A program made the translations under genes and the position numbers. From contig JBMNQO010000001.1 of NCBI GenBank assembly GCA_050944195.1, positions 50,603-114,602 on the forward strand: a stretch of 64,000 nucleotides of DNA, given 5' to 3'. Every line of letters begins with the position of its first letter. Position 1 is the first letter of the stretch. Of this stretch, positions 10,232-22,397 are shown piece by piece. The DNA is from Methanomethylophilus sp. Its GTDB lineage: Archaea; Thermoplasmatota; Thermoplasmata; Methanomassiliicoccales; Methanomethylophilaceae. Under the pieces are notes generated by a model, which saw nothing but the letters and a program-made list of their open reading frames with translations, did no database searches and had not been told where the DNA came from.

Positions 10232-12004
10232 TCAGTCGAACTTGCCGACGACGGCCTTGATCCTGCGGACGCCGGCGGCGGAGCTCTGCTCCTTGATGAT
10301 CTTGAAGCCCTGCAGCTCCCCGGTGTGCTTCACGTGGGGGCCGCCGCAGATCTCGCAGGAGATGTCGCCGATGGTGTAGACCTTGACGCGCTCGCCGTAC
10401 TTGCTGTCGAACACGCCGATGGCGTTCCGGGCGCGGGCCTCCTCGAGGGTCATCTCCTCGCAGACCACCGGGATGTCGGCCTTGATGGCGTCGTTGACGT
10501 ACTTCTCGATCTTCGCGAGCTCCTCGGGGGTGAGCTTGCGGTCGAAGTTGAAGTCGAACCTCAGCCGCTCGGCGGTGATGTTGCTGCCTTTCTGCCGGAT
10601 GTTGGGGTCGATGAGGTTCCTCAGGGCGGCGTTCAGCAGGTGGGTGGCGGTGTGCAGCTTGGTGGTCTCGACGGTGTGGTCGGCCAGGCCTCCCTTGAAG
10701 ACCTGGTTGGTGTCCATCCTGGAGGTCTCCTGGTGCTGCTTGAACCGGTTCCGGAAGTCCTGCTCGTCGATCTTGAGCCCGCGCTCGGCGGCCAGCTCCT
10801 TGGTCAGCTCGATGGGGAAGCCGAAGGTGTCGTACAGGTGGAAGACGGTGTCGCCGTCCATCGTCTGGCCGGGCTGGGTGTTGGCGGCGGCCTCGTCGAA
10901 CCTGCGGAGCCCTTTCTTGAGGGTCGCGTGGAACTTCTCCTCCTCGGCGGTGATGGTCTTGAGGATGTTCTCGCGGTTCTTCTCGAGCTCCGGGTACGCC
11001 TTGGAGTAGTCGCGGATGATGACCTCGGAGATCTCGGCCATGTGGACGCCCTCGATCCCGAGCTGGTTCATGTAGCGGCTGGCCCTCCTGATGAGGCGGC
11101 GGAGGATGTACCCTCCGCCCATCCGGGCGGGGACCACGCCGTCGGCGATGAGGAAGGTGGAGGCACGCATGTGGTCGGCGATGACGCGGAAGGCCTTCAG
11201 GTCGTCCTGGTACTTCTTGCCGGAGAGCTCCTCGATCTTAGCGATGATGGGGGTGAAGAGCGGGGTGTCGTAGACGGTCTCCACGCCGTTGACCACGCGG
11301 AGCGCCCGCTCCAGGCCCATGCCGGTGTCGACGTTCTTCTGCTTCAGGGGCGAGAACTTCCCCTCGGCGTCCTTGAAGTACTGCATGAAGACGTTGTTCC
11401 AGATCTCCGTGTAGTAGCCGCAGTGGCAGCCGGGGCGGCAGTTCGGGCCGCAGGGCTTCTTGGTCTTGTCGATGTAGAAGATCTCGGTGTCCGGTCCGCA
11501 GGGCCCGGTCTGGCCGGCGGGGCCCCACCAGTTGTCCTCCTTGGGCAGGAAGAAGATGTGGTCCTTGGAGATGCCCTGCTGCTCCCAGAGCTCGGCTGTC
11601 TCGGTGTCCTTGGGGGCGTCGGCGTCGCCCGCGAAGGCGGTGACGGCGATCTGCTCCGGCGGGATGTGGAGGACCTCCTGCAGGAGCTCGAAGCTCCAGG
11701 CGATCGATTCTTTCTTGAAGTAGTCCCCGAGGGACCAGTTGCCGAGCATCTCGAAGAAGGTCAGGTGGCTGGCGTCGCCGACCTCGTCGATGTCGCCGGT
11801 CCTGACGCATTTCTGGAAATCGGTCAGGCGCTTCCCGGCGGGGTGCTTCTCGCCCAGCAGGTAGGGGACCAGCGGGTGCATGCCGGCGGTGGTGAAGAGG
11901 ACGGTGGGGTCGTTCTCGGGGATGAGCGAGGCCGAGGGGATCTGGACGTGGCCCCGGGCCTTGAAGAAATTGATGTAGGCTTCTCTGAGTTCCTGTGCTT
12001 CCAT
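10232..12004 (-). CDS. alaS: Alanine--tRNA ligase, short bacterial-like form (~590 aa)
   Basis: N-terminus MEAQELREAYINFFKARGHVQIPSASLIPENDPTVLFTTAGM...FFEMLGNWSLGDYFK. Editing-domain motifs HTATHLL and CGGPH are present. The protein ends right after the editing domain. Start taken at ATG 12004 rather than the ORF-track 12103. Confidence 0.9.
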   Translation of the reverse strand: MEAQELREAYINFFKARGHVQIPSASLIPENDPTVLFTTAGMHPLVPYLLGEKHPAGKRLTDFQKCVRTGDIDEVGDASHLTFFEMLGNWSLGDYFKKESIAWSFELLQEVLHIPPEQIAVTAFAGDADAPKDTETAELWEQQGISKDHIFFLPKEDNWWGPAGQTGPCGPDTEIFYIDKTKKPCGPNCRPGCHCGYYTEIWNNVFMQYFKDAEGKFSPLKQKNVDTGMGLERALRVVNGVETVYDTPLFTPIIAKIEELSGKKYQDDLKAFRVIADHMRASTFLIADGVVPARMGGGYILRRLIRRASRYMNQLGIEGVHMAEISEVIIRDYSKAYPELEKNRENILKTITAEEEKFHATLKKGLRRFDEAAANTQPGQTMDGDTVFHLYDTFGFPIELTKELAAERGLKIDEQDFRNRFKQHQETSRMDTNQVFKGGLADHTVETTKLHTATHLLNAALRNLIDPNIRQKGSNITAERLRFDFNFDRKLTPEELAKIEKYVNDAIKADIPVVCEEMTLEEARARNAIGVFDSKYGERVKVYTIGDISCEICGGPHVKHTGELQGFKIIKEQSSAAGVRRIKAVVGKFD

Positions 12005-12080
12005 GTATCGGCACTTCCAATGGGCGCGCCTATAATGTTCTCCCATATATATTTTAGAAAAATCGTAGAAGATTGTCGGA

Positions 12081-12101
12081 GGGGAGAACAAGGTTCTCCC
12101 C
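12081..12101 (-). terminator. 9-bp GC hairpin downstream of nifB
   Basis: GGGGAGAAC aag GTTCTCCCC lies 28 nt past the nifB stop and is preceded on the transcript by CAATTTTCTTTC. It has no trailing T tract. Confidence 0.35.
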
Positions 12102-12120
12102 ATTGAAAGAAAATTGAGTG

Positions 12121-12129
12121 TCTGGCACT
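12121..12129 (-). repeat. AGTGCCAGA motif copy (one mismatch to TGTGCCAGA)
   Basis: Minus strand reads TAAGTGCCAGAC; the first A is the last base of the nifB TAA stop. Confidence 0.6.
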
Positions 12130-13382
12130 TATGCGGCGGCGCCCTTCTTGCCGGCCGCCACGACGGCCTTGCGGACGGTGTCGGAAGTGACGAGGACGCG
12201 CTTGCCGCGGTTCTCGATGACCGACCTCGGCATGTCCCCGATCTCCTTCACGGCGATGACGTCGCAGTCGTCGAGGAGGGTCACGACCTTCTCCACGTGC
12301 TCCTTGTGCGACTGCCCCGCGACCTCCGCCTCGAGGTCTCCGGGACGGACCTCGCGCAGGAGCTTCACGTCGGAGCCGTCCACCTGGTAGACGAGGAAGC
12401 GGGAGGCGTTCCCGAAGCCGCTGTCCACCTGCTTCCCGTTCTCGGAGGCCACCCCGACGGTGTACCTCCCGGTGTCGAAGGAGACCATGTTGGGCATGTC
12501 CCTGACCGGCCCGCAGCCGTTGCCGGAGCCGTACCCGCAGCCCTCGAACTCCGCCGAGCGGTCCTCGCCCAGCAGCCCGATGGCGTCCGCGCGGCACTGG
12601 CGGCAGTGGCGCATCATGCGCGCATCCACGGAGCATTCGTCCATGAGCGCTTTGCGCTCTTCGGGTGTGGGCGGGCGGAGGTGCTCGAACTTCGCGCCCT
12701 TCACGGGGATGAACGGGAGGATGTTGACGATGTAGGCGCCCTGCGCCTTCACCTTCTTGACCAGCTCGGGGATCTTCGCGGCGTTCTTCTCGGGGATCAT
12801 CACGATGTTGGCCTTGACCAGCATGCCGAGATCCGCGCACTTTTTGATCCCTTCCATCTGCTTTTCCAGCAGGATCTTCGCGCCCTCGATGCCGGTGTAC
12901 CTTTTCCCCTCCCAGAGCACCGATCCGTACACCTCGGCGCCTGTCTCCGGGTCGGGCGCGTTCACCGTGACGGTGACGAAGCGCACCCCGAGGTCGTACA
13001 GCCGCTGCGCGTTCTCCGGGAGCTTCAGCCCGTTGGTGGAGATGCAGAGCGTGAGGTCCGGGAACTCCTTCCCGATGAGCTCCAATGCCCGGAAGGTCTC
13101 CTCGTTGGCCAGCGGGTCGCCGGGGCCGGCGATGCCGATGACCTTCAGGTTCGGGACCCTCTCCTTCACGTAGCGGACCTTGGCGACCGCCTGTTCCGGG
13201 GTCAGGACCTCGCTGGTCACGCCCGGGCGGGATTCGTTGCTGCAGTCGTACTTCCGGTTGCAGAAGTTGCACTGGATGTTGCATTTGGGGGCCACGGGGA
13301 TGTGCATGCGGGCGTACTTGCGGTGCGCCTCCTCGTTGTAGCACGGGTGGGTCTCCAATGCTTTCTCGATCTCAGGGTCCAT
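12129..13382 (-). CDS. nifB: NifB-type radical SAM protein with C-terminal NifX/NafY-like domain
   Basis: HPCYNEEAHRKYARMHIPVAPKCNIQCNFCNRKY (CX3CX2C), ISTNG, and a C-terminal FGNASRFLVYQV... domain. An alternative upstream start lies at 13439. Confidence 0.8.
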   Translation of the reverse strand: MDPEIEKALETHPCYNEEAHRKYARMHIPVAPKCNIQCNFCNRKYDCSNESRPGVTSEVLTPEQAVAKVRYVKERVPNLKVIGIAGPGDPLANEETFRALELIGKEFPDLTLCISTNGLKLPENAQRLYDLGVRFVTVTVNAPDPETGAEVYGSVLWEGKRYTGIEGAKILLEKQMEGIKKCADLGMLVKANIVMIPEKNAAKIPELVKKVKAQGAYIVNILPFIPVKGAKFEHLRPPTPEERKALMDECSVDARMMRHCRQCRADAIGLLGEDRSAEFEGCGYGSGNGCGPVRDMPNMVSFDTGRYTVGVASENGKQVDSGFGNASRFLVYQVDGSDVKLLREVRPGDLEAEVAGQSHKEHVEKVVTLLDDCDVIAVKEIGDMPRSVIENRGKRVLVTSDTVRKAVVAAGKKGAAA

Positions 13383-13492
13383 CGGACCTGCGATGGGGTC
13401 ATTCGCTATAAAGCCCGAACGTCCCCGCGCTCCGGGCATTGTGATGCCTCCGCAGATAGCCCGTTCCCCGTTCCGATTTTCCTTGTCTCTTT

Positions 13493-13508
13493 TATTTTTA
13501 TATTATAA
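13493..13508 (+). promoter_or_regulatory. TATA-rich promoter block (TATTTTTATATTATAA)
   Basis: Lies about 25 nt before the ATG at 13529, implying a very short leader. The identical 16-mer recurs at 19690..19705 upstream of S13. Confidence 0.5.
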
Positions 13509-13528
13509 TAAAGATAGAGTTTCCGAAC

Positions 13529-13948
13529 ATGGAAGACCGCTACGGCATCGAGCAGGACCCCCGGGACCCCGCCCGCCTTTTCCACGACATGAACGCCAAC
13601 CTCCCGGTCGCCCGCCGCAGCCTCGACGATTACATCGAGAACGGGGACCTCACCTACAAGACGCGCTCCGGGGAGACCGTGGAGTTCCCGAAGGAGGGGA
13701 TAGACCTCCTCGATTCCTTCTGCACCTATGAGGAGAAGATCCTCCTGAAGCTCCCGCTGCTGATCACCACCGACATATCGGGGGAGGTCTCCTGCTGGAA
13801 GATCGACGGGACCACCGAGACCGCGGTGATTTCGAGGCTTCTGAAGCGCCGGGTGCACTCCGAGGACCGCCTCGTCCTCTACTATCCTGACCTCGCGGAG
13901 CTGAAGAAGCTGCTGCCGGGCCTGGTATTCCCCGTTTTCACCCCCTGA
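13529..13948 (+). CDS. Small conserved archaeal protein, UPF0216/DUF61-like
   Basis: 139 aa. The layout (LPVARRSL...ETVEFPKEGIDLL...LKLPLLITTD...YYPDLAELKKLLPG) matches my recollection of the UPF0216 family; not verified by search. Confidence 0.45.
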   Translation: MEDRYGIEQDPRDPARLFHDMNANLPVARRSLDDYIENGDLTYKTRSGETVEFPKEGIDLLDSFCTYEEKILLKLPLLITTDISGEVSCWKIDGTTETAVISRLLKRRVHSEDRLVLYYPDLAELKKLLPGLVFPVFTP

Positions 13949-14110
13949 TGCGGGGATCCCCAGAGACGCTGGCCGAGAATCTATAAATACAACATGCGTG
14001 TAAAGGGGGATGCGCGATGCAAAGCATCACGTGATCCGCTGATAACATCGGCGAATTGACGAGCCGGAAACCGCTGAGATTTCACGTCGGAAGAGGGCGC
14101 ATCGATAAGG

Positions 14111-14118
14111 TTTAAATA
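14111..14118 (+). promoter_or_regulatory. 23S rRNA promoter TATA box
   Basis: TTTAAATA matches the archaeal TATA consensus, about 170 nt upstream of the 23S 5' helix. A second TATA-like CTATAAATAC lies at 13981..13990. Confidence 0.5.
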
Positions 14119-14279
14119 TGACCCTGTCTTGTGCATCTTTCGCTGAGTCGAAGGCGACTTCTGCTCAACATCATGCACCCGACGAGGACCCCTCGGGCGG
14201 GGAAGCGATTGAGGGTACCGCACAGGAAGAGAGGCGGAACAATACCCGGTGAAGATCAATCATACGAAACCTGGACGTG

Positions 14280-17217
<2,938 letters not shown>

Positions 17218-17276
17218 GTCAAACAGGTTTCGTATGAAAATCTCTCTTCCTTTCCTTTTCTTTCTTCAATTTCCAT

Positions 17277-17285
17277 TGTGCCAGA
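17277..17285 (+). repeat. TGTGCCAGA motif copy
   Basis: Exact 9-mer about 40 nt after the outer 23S processing stem, followed by CACCGTTTTTG. Confidence 0.7.
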
Positions 17286-17322
17286 GCACCGTTTTTGTAC
17301 CTGCTCTAGTTACGTTCCCAAC

Positions 17323-17967
17323 ATGGTTGTCCGTTGGATCGAGACGCTCCGGGGCTTCAACAGCAACATCTACCTCATCGACTCCGACAGGCCGTACCTG
17401 GTCGACACCGGGTGCGGGGCGGACACGCCGCACGTGATCGAGCAGATCTCCGACTACCTGCGCGGAAGGCCCCTGCAGGCGATTCTTCTCACGCACTGCC
17501 ATGCCGACCATGCCGGAGGCGCCGCGGAGGTCTCAAAGGCCTTCAAATGCCCCGTTTTCCTAGGGGCGCGGGACATCCCCGCCTTCGAGTCCGGGGATAT
17601 CTCTGCGACCTTCGCGGACGGGATAGGCGTGGAGCTGCGCCCGGTCAAGTGCCGCCCGCTGCACGAAGGCGACGTCTTCGACGCCGGGGAATGCAGGCTG
17701 AGGGTGATCGAGACCCCGGGGCACACGCCCGGCAGCGTCTGCTTCTACGACGAGCTCTCGCACGCCCTGTTCTCCGGGGACACCGTCTTCGCGCAGGGAT
17801 TCGGCCGCACGGACCTCCCGGGAGGCTCCATGGACGAGATGCGCCAATCGCTGGGAATCCTGCGCAATTTTGAAATTGAGCACCTCTATCCTGGACATGG
17901 CGCGGAGGCTTCCGACGGCAATAAGGCCGTGGAAGCAGCCGTAATGATGACAGAGGGATGGTATTGA
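17323..17967 (+). CDS. MBL-fold metallo-hydrolase
   Basis: HCHADHAGG metal motif, ETPGHTPG and a C-terminal YPGHG. ATG 17323 (MVVRWIETL...) is preferred over GTG 17278. Confidence 0.85.
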   Translation: MVVRWIETLRGFNSNIYLIDSDRPYLVDTGCGADTPHVIEQISDYLRGRPLQAILLTHCHADHAGGAAEVSKAFKCPVFLGARDIPAFESGDISATFADGIGVELRPVKCRPLHEGDVFDAGECRLRVIETPGHTPGSVCFYDELSHALFSGDTVFAQGFGRTDLPGGSMDEMRQSLGILRNFEIEHLYPGHGAEASDGNKAVEAAVMMTEGWY

Positions 17968-18602
17968 GGATAATCAGGTGCGACTGCTCCAAGGGGCTCA
18001 CGGAAGAGGGCAAGCAGGCCGCCATGACGGCGGCCGAGGACATCGCGGCGGGCAATCTCGTCGTATACCCGACCGACACCGTCTACGGGATCGGCGCGGA
18101 CATCTACAACGAGGCCGCCGTCAAGAAGCTCTACCTGGCGAAGAACCGGCCTTTCGACATGGCCCTCTCGGTGGCGGTCGCGGACAGGAAGATGATGGAG
18201 AAGATCGCGTACCTCAACGAGAACGCGGACAAACTCATCAAGGCCTTCCTGCCCGGTCCCCTGACCATCATCATCAAGAAGCGGCCGGACGTCCCGGACA
18301 TCGTCACCGCCTCCTCCGACAAGGTCGGGATCCGCATCCCCGACCACCCCTTCGCCATCGAGCTGGCCAGGCGCGCCGGCCCCATCGTGGCCACCTCCGC
18401 CAACCAGCATTTCCACCCCGACGCCGTCGACATCTCCATGGCCCGCGTGGCCTTCGGGGACAACGTCGCCACCTACATCGACGCCGGGCCGAGCGCCTCG
18501 GGGAAGCCCTCCACCATCGTCTGGCTGAAGGACAACGAGTACGAGATCGTGCGCCCGGGGCCGATCACTGACAAGATGATAAGGGATGTTCTGAATGATT
18601 GA
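17958..18602 (+). CDS. tsaC: L-threonylcarbamoyladenylate synthase (Sua5/YwlC/TsaC family)
   Basis: VVYPTDTVYGIGAD, LPGPLT and ATSAN motifs; 214 aa single-domain form; overlaps the preceding gene by 10 nt. Confidence 0.85.
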   Translation: MVLRIIRCDCSKGLTEEGKQAAMTAAEDIAAGNLVVYPTDTVYGIGADIYNEAAVKKLYLAKNRPFDMALSVAVADRKMMEKIAYLNENADKLIKAFLPGPLTIIIKKRPDVPDIVTASSDKVGIRIPDHPFAIELARRAGPIVATSANQHFHPDAVDISMARVAFGDNVATYIDAGPSASGKPSTIVWLKDNEYEIVRPGPITDKMIRDVLND

Positions 18603-19485
18603 TTCCGAAGGTCTTGAGAAACTCCGCAAGGTAGGGGTGATCTCCGGCGAGGCGCGGGAGTACGGGATGAGCCTGTGCGAGCCCGGCGCGAAGCTCTACG
18701 AGATCGCCCAGGAGACCGAGGGCTACATCCGCAAGCACGGCTGCGGGCTCTCCTTCCCCTGCAACATCAGCAGGAACGACGAGGCCGCCCACTACACCCC
18801 GTCCTGCACCGACGAGACCAAGCTCGAGGTCGGGGACGTCGTGAAGATCGACTGCGGCGGGATGCTGGACGGCTACATCGGCGACACCGCCGGGACCGTC
18901 GAGGTCGGCACCCACGATTACACCGCCCTCATCGCCGCCTCCAAGAAGGCGCGCGACACCGTCGGCGAGTTCATCGGCGACGGCGTCAAGATCTGCGAGA
19001 TCGGCGCCGTCATCGAGCAGACCGTGAAGGCGGCCGGCTTCAAGGTCGTGGAGAACCTCTGCGGCCACCAGATCGACCGCTACGAGCTCCACGCCGGGTT
19101 CTCCGTCCCGCCCTACGACGCGGGCGACCAGACCAAGATCGAGACCGGCATGACCGTCGCCATCGAGCCCTTCGCCACCAACGGCGGCGGGTACGTGGTC
19201 AACGGGAAGTGGGGCAACATCGTGCAGGTCACCAACGACAAGAAGACCGGCAACGAGGAGGCGGACAACTTCCTCGAGTACGTCAAGAAGGAGTTCCCCG
19301 ACTCCCCCTTCTGCGCCCGCTCCTGCGACTACGACCACGCCGAGAAGTGGGTCAGGTTCCTGATGCGCAAGGGCGTGCTCTCCGGGTTCAACATCCTCAA
19401 GGAAGTGGACAAGGGGATGGTGTCCCAGTTCGAGTACACCTTCTACATCGCCGGCAAGCGCGCGGAGATCACCACCTCCCCGTGA
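18595..19485 (+). CDS. map: Methionine aminopeptidase, type 2 (archaeal)
   Basis: 296 aa with FPCNISRNDEAAHYTP, DCGGMLDGYIGDTA, GHQI and EPF metal-ligand context. Confidence 0.9.
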   Translation: MIDSEGLEKLRKVGVISGEAREYGMSLCEPGAKLYEIAQETEGYIRKHGCGLSFPCNISRNDEAAHYTPSCTDETKLEVGDVVKIDCGGMLDGYIGDTAGTVEVGTHDYTALIAASKKARDTVGEFIGDGVKICEIGAVIEQTVKAAGFKVVENLCGHQIDRYELHAGFSVPPYDAGDQTKIETGMTVAIEPFATNGGGYVVNGKWGNIVQVTNDKKTGNEEADNFLEYVKKEFPDSPFCARSCDYDHAEKWVRFLMRKGVLSGFNILKEVDKGMVSQFEYTFYIAGKRAEITTSP

Positions 19486-19503
19486 CCAAACCTTTTCCCC
19501 AAA

Positions 19504-19587
19504 GCCGACGTAGCCGAGCCTGGCCAAAGGCGGCAGACTCAAGATCTGCTCCCTAGCGGTTCGCCGGTTCGAATCCGGCCGTCGGCA
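19504..19587 (+). tRNA. tRNA-Leu (anticodon CAA)
   Basis: Acceptor GCCGACG/CGTCGGC, anticodon stem GCAGA/TCTGC with loop CTCAAGA, a long variable arm and T-arm GCCGG TTCGAAT CCGGC. It starts only 18 nt after the map stop. Confidence 0.9.
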
Positions 19588-19602
19588 CTACCGAAAACCA
19601 AA

Positions 19603-19611
19603 TGTGCCAGA
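19603..19611 (+). repeat. TGTGCCAGA motif copy
   Basis: AAATGTGCCAGAC, 15 nt after the tRNA-Leu 3' end and 11 nt before a GC hairpin. Confidence 0.7.
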
Positions 19612-19622
19612 CCTCCGCCTCC

Positions 19623-19640
19623 GCCCCTTATTGAAGGGGC
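19623..19640 (+). terminator. Hairpin after tRNA-Leu
   Basis: GCCCCTT attg AAGGGGC followed by GTTTCC. Confidence 0.4.
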
Positions 19641-19656
19641 GTTTCCTGTGCGGTCC

Positions 19657-19683
19657 CCGCCTTTATAGGTAAAATAAAGGCGG
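19657..19683 (+). terminator. 10-bp hairpin immediately upstream of the S13 promoter
   Basis: CCGCCTTTAT aggtaaa ATAAAGGCGG, followed by GCGTTCTATTTTT. Confidence 0.4.
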
Positions 19684-19689
19684 GCGTTC

Positions 19690-19705
19690 TATTTTTATAT
19701 TATAA
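19690..19705 (+). promoter_or_regulatory. TATA-rich promoter block of the S13 operon
   Basis: TATTTTTATATTATAA, identical to 13493..13508; about 140 nt upstream of the S13 ATG. Confidence 0.5.
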
Positions 19706-19841
19706 GGCAATCGAGCCACTCACGTAAACTCGGGACCCGTCCCGCATATCGGAACGAACACCGAGAGCGCGCCTCCGCCAGGAGCGCGCTTGAGCTTTCC
19801 CTCCGCCGGCAGGCGCGGGGAACATTTACGGAGGATAGAAA

Positions 19842-20432
19842 ATGGCAGCACCTAAAGCTAGCAACCAGAAAGAGGCCGCTCCCAAGACCGTCGCCGACAA
19901 GAAGAAGGCCGCGGCCGCGAAGCAGCAGAAAGGGTCCGCGAAGACCGAGGGCGAGGATTTCAACTACATCGTCCGCATGGCCAACTCGGACATCGACGGG
20001 CAGAAGCACATCGCTATCGGCCTGCAGAGCATCAAAGGGGTCGGGAAGAGGGTTTCCCAGATCATCGTGAAGAAGTCCGGTCTCGACGGCTCCGCCAAGA
20101 TCGGTTCGCTGTCCGAGGAGCAGGTCAAGAACCTCGAGCAGCTCGTCATCGATTACGTTCAGTACGCCCCGTCCTGGGCCATCAACCGCCAGATGGACTA
20201 CGAGTCCGGCGCGGACATGCACCTCATCGGACAGGACCTCGGGATCATGCAGGAGGACGACATCAACAGGATGAAGATGATCCGCAACTACCGCGGCGTC
20301 CGCCACGAGTCCCACCACAAGGTCAGGGGCCAGAGGACCAGGTCCAACGGAAGGAAGGGCCTGGCCGTCGGAGTGCAGAAGAAGACCGACGCGCAGCCCG
20401 CCCCCAAGGCGGCCGACGCCAACAAGAAGTGA
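19842..20432 (+). CDS. rps13: 30S ribosomal protein S13 (uS13) with Lys/Ala-rich N-terminal extension
   Basis: Core FNYIVRMANSDIDGQKHIAIGLQSIKGVG...YRGVRH, preceded by about 38 aa of K/A-rich sequence. Confidence 0.95.
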   Translation: MAAPKASNQKEAAPKTVADKKKAAAAKQQKGSAKTEGEDFNYIVRMANSDIDGQKHIAIGLQSIKGVGKRVSQIIVKKSGLDGSAKIGSLSEEQVKNLEQLVIDYVQYAPSWAINRQMDYESGADMHLIGQDLGIMQEDDINRMKMIRNYRGVRHESHHKVRGQRTRSNGRKGLAVGVQKKTDAQPAPKAADANKK

Positions 20433-20442
20433 GGTGTTCTGA

Positions 20443-21087
20443 ATGGGAGATCCTAAATTCTCAAGGAAGTCCTACGACACCCCCTCGCACCCTTGGCAGG
20501 GAGAGAGGATCAAGCAGGAGAACGAGATCGTCCGCCAGTTCGGACTGAAGAACAAGACCGAGGTCTGGAAGGCCGAGACCATGCTGAGGAACTTCAGGAA
20601 GCAGTCCAGGGAGCTCCAGGCCCGTCTCAGGACCGGCGACAAGCAGGCCCAGATCGAGACCGACGCGCTGATCGCGAAGTGCGCCCGCATGGGCGTCCTC
20701 CCCGTCACCGGCGGGGACCTGAACTCCATCCTCATCCTGAAGGACGAGGACATCCTCAGGCGCCGCCTGCAGACCGTCGTCTACGAGAAGGGGCTCGCCG
20801 CGACCCCCAAGCAGGCCCGGCAGCTCATCAACCACGGGCACATCTTCGTGAACGGCCACAAGGTCACCGTGCCCGGCTACATCGTCCTGAGGGAGGAGGA
20901 GGGCTCCGTTTCCTACAACCCCGCCTCCCCGTTCACCGACGAGAACCACCCGATGCGCGTCGCCGCCGCCAAGGCCGGCGAGAACGCCGAGGCCAAGGAG
21001 GCCGCCGCCGCCCAGGCCGAGGCCGAGAACGCCGCGGCCGCCAGGGCCGACGCCGACGAGGCAGGAATCACGGGGGCTGACAACTGA
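20443..21087 (+). CDS. rps4: 30S ribosomal protein S4 (uS4) with Ala/Glu-rich C-terminal tail
   Basis: [23 protein letters not shown]... and an S4 RNA-binding domain; the last ~45 aa are A/E-rich low complexity. Confidence 0.95.
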   Translation: MGDPKFSRKSYDTPSHPWQGERIKQENEIVRQFGLKNKTEVWKAETMLRNFRKQSRELQARLRTGDKQAQIETDALIAKCARMGVLPVTGGDLNSILILKDEDILRRRLQTVVYEKGLAATPKQARQLINHGHIFVNGHKVTVPGYIVLREEEGSVSYNPASPFTDENHPMRVAAAKAGENAEAKEAAAAQAEAENAAAARADADEAGITGADN

Positions 21088-21476
21088 TGGCACAGATGAA
21101 GTGGGGAATCGCCAACATTTACTCGAGCTACAACAACATCATGATCACCCTGACCGACATCACCGGGGCCGAGACCCTGGCCAAGGTCACCGGCGGCATG
21201 ATCGTCAAACAGGCCAAGGACGAGTCCTCTCCCTACGCGGCCCAGAAGGCCGCCGAGAAGATCGCCGAGGTCGCCGCCGACAAGGGCATCACCGGCATCC
21301 ACGTCCGCGTCAGGGCCCCCGGGGGCAACAAGGGCACCTCGCCCGGCTCCGGGTCCCAGGCCGCGGTCCGCGCCCTCGCGCGCGCCGGCCTGACCATCGG
21401 GCGCATCGAGGATGTCACCCCGATACCCCATGACGGCACCAAGCCGAAGGGCGGACGCAGGGGACGCAGGGTCTGA
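21087..21476 (+). CDS. rps11: 30S ribosomal protein S11 (uS11)
   Basis: 129 aa with [19 protein letters not shown] and [18 protein letters not shown]. Its start overlaps the S4 stop (TGATG). Confidence 0.95.
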   Translation: MAQMKWGIANIYSSYNNIMITLTDITGAETLAKVTGGMIVKQAKDESSPYAAQKAAEKIAEVAADKGITGIHVRVRAPGGNKGTSPGSGSQAAVRALARAGLTIGRIEDVTPIPHDGTKPKGGRRGRRV

Positions 21477-21488
21477 GGTGATCCCGTC

Positions 21489-22385
21489 ATGAAGATCGAG
21501 ATCGTCGAGATGGAGGACAGGAAGGCCAAGTTCATCCTGAAGGACTCCTCGCCGGCCATGGCCAACGCCCTCAGGCGCACCATGCTGCAGGACATCCCCA
21601 AGATGGCCATCGACAAGGTGGAGTTCCACCTGGGCCCCATCCAGGACGAGAACGACCTTGACGAGAACGCCAAGGAGTACGAGAGCGTGACCTCGCTCTT
21701 CGACGAGGTCATCGCCCACCGCCTGGGCATGGTACCCGTGCCCACGGATTACTCGCAGTTCACCTTCCAGGACCAGTGCGAGTGCGGCGGCGAAGGCTGC
21801 CCGCACTGCACCATCATGTACAGCCTGAACAAGCACGGGCCCGCCACCGTGATGTCCGGGGACCTCATCCCCCTCGGCGACAGCTCGCTGAAGGTGAAGG
21901 ACGAGTTCATCCCCCTGGTGGAGCTCACCGACAACCAGGCGGTGCTGATCTACGCCACCGCCGTCATGGGCACCGCCAAGCAGCACGTGAAGTGGCAGGC
22001 CGCCTTCGGCGTCGGCTACAGCTACGAGCCCGAGATCGAGATCGACCCCAAGTGGGCCTCCGACACGGACACCCTGGCGCTCGCCGAGACCTGCCCCGGG
22101 CTGTTCGAGGTCAAGAACGGCAAGCTCACCGTCGCCGACAAGTGGAAGGCCATCTCCTTCGGGAGCACCGCCTCCGAGCTCCAGCACGACGGCAAGCCCG
22201 TGGTGAAGGTCACCTGGAAGGACGACAGCTTCCTGTTCAAGTTCGAGACCGACGGCTCGCTCACCGCGAGGCAGGTCCTCGACAAGGCCGTCGAGATCCT
22301 CCATGACGAGGCCCTCGGCATCGCCGAGCAGGCCGACGGGCTGGTGGGCGCCGAGGAGCACCCCGCGCCCGTCCGCTCGTACTGA
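21489..22385 (+). CDS. rpoD: DNA-directed RNA polymerase subunit D (Rpo3)
   Basis: ANALRRTMLQDIP dimerisation-domain signature, a Cys cluster CECGGEGCPHC, and the conserved position after S11. Confidence 0.9.
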   Translation: MKIEIVEMEDRKAKFILKDSSPAMANALRRTMLQDIPKMAIDKVEFHLGPIQDENDLDENAKEYESVTSLFDEVIAHRLGMVPVPTDYSQFTFQDQCECGGEGCPHCTIMYSLNKHGPATVMSGDLIPLGDSSLKVKDEFIPLVELTDNQAVLIYATAVMGTAKQHVKWQAAFGVGYSYEPEIEIDPKWASDTDTLALAETCPGLFEVKNGKLTVADKWKAISFGSTASELQHDGKPVVKVTWKDDSFLFKFETDGSLTARQVLDKAVEILHDEALGIAEQADGLVGAEEHPAPVRSY

Positions 22386-22397
22386 TCAAAATCATTT

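Noticed and set aside
17278-17322. GTG start inside the TGTGCCAGA motif for the MBL-fold hydrolase (the ORF-track start).
   Set aside because: Family N-termini begin near the MVVRWIETL... region. The extra 15 residues (MPEHRFCTCSSYVPN) have no support and would put the rRNA trailer motif inside a CDS.
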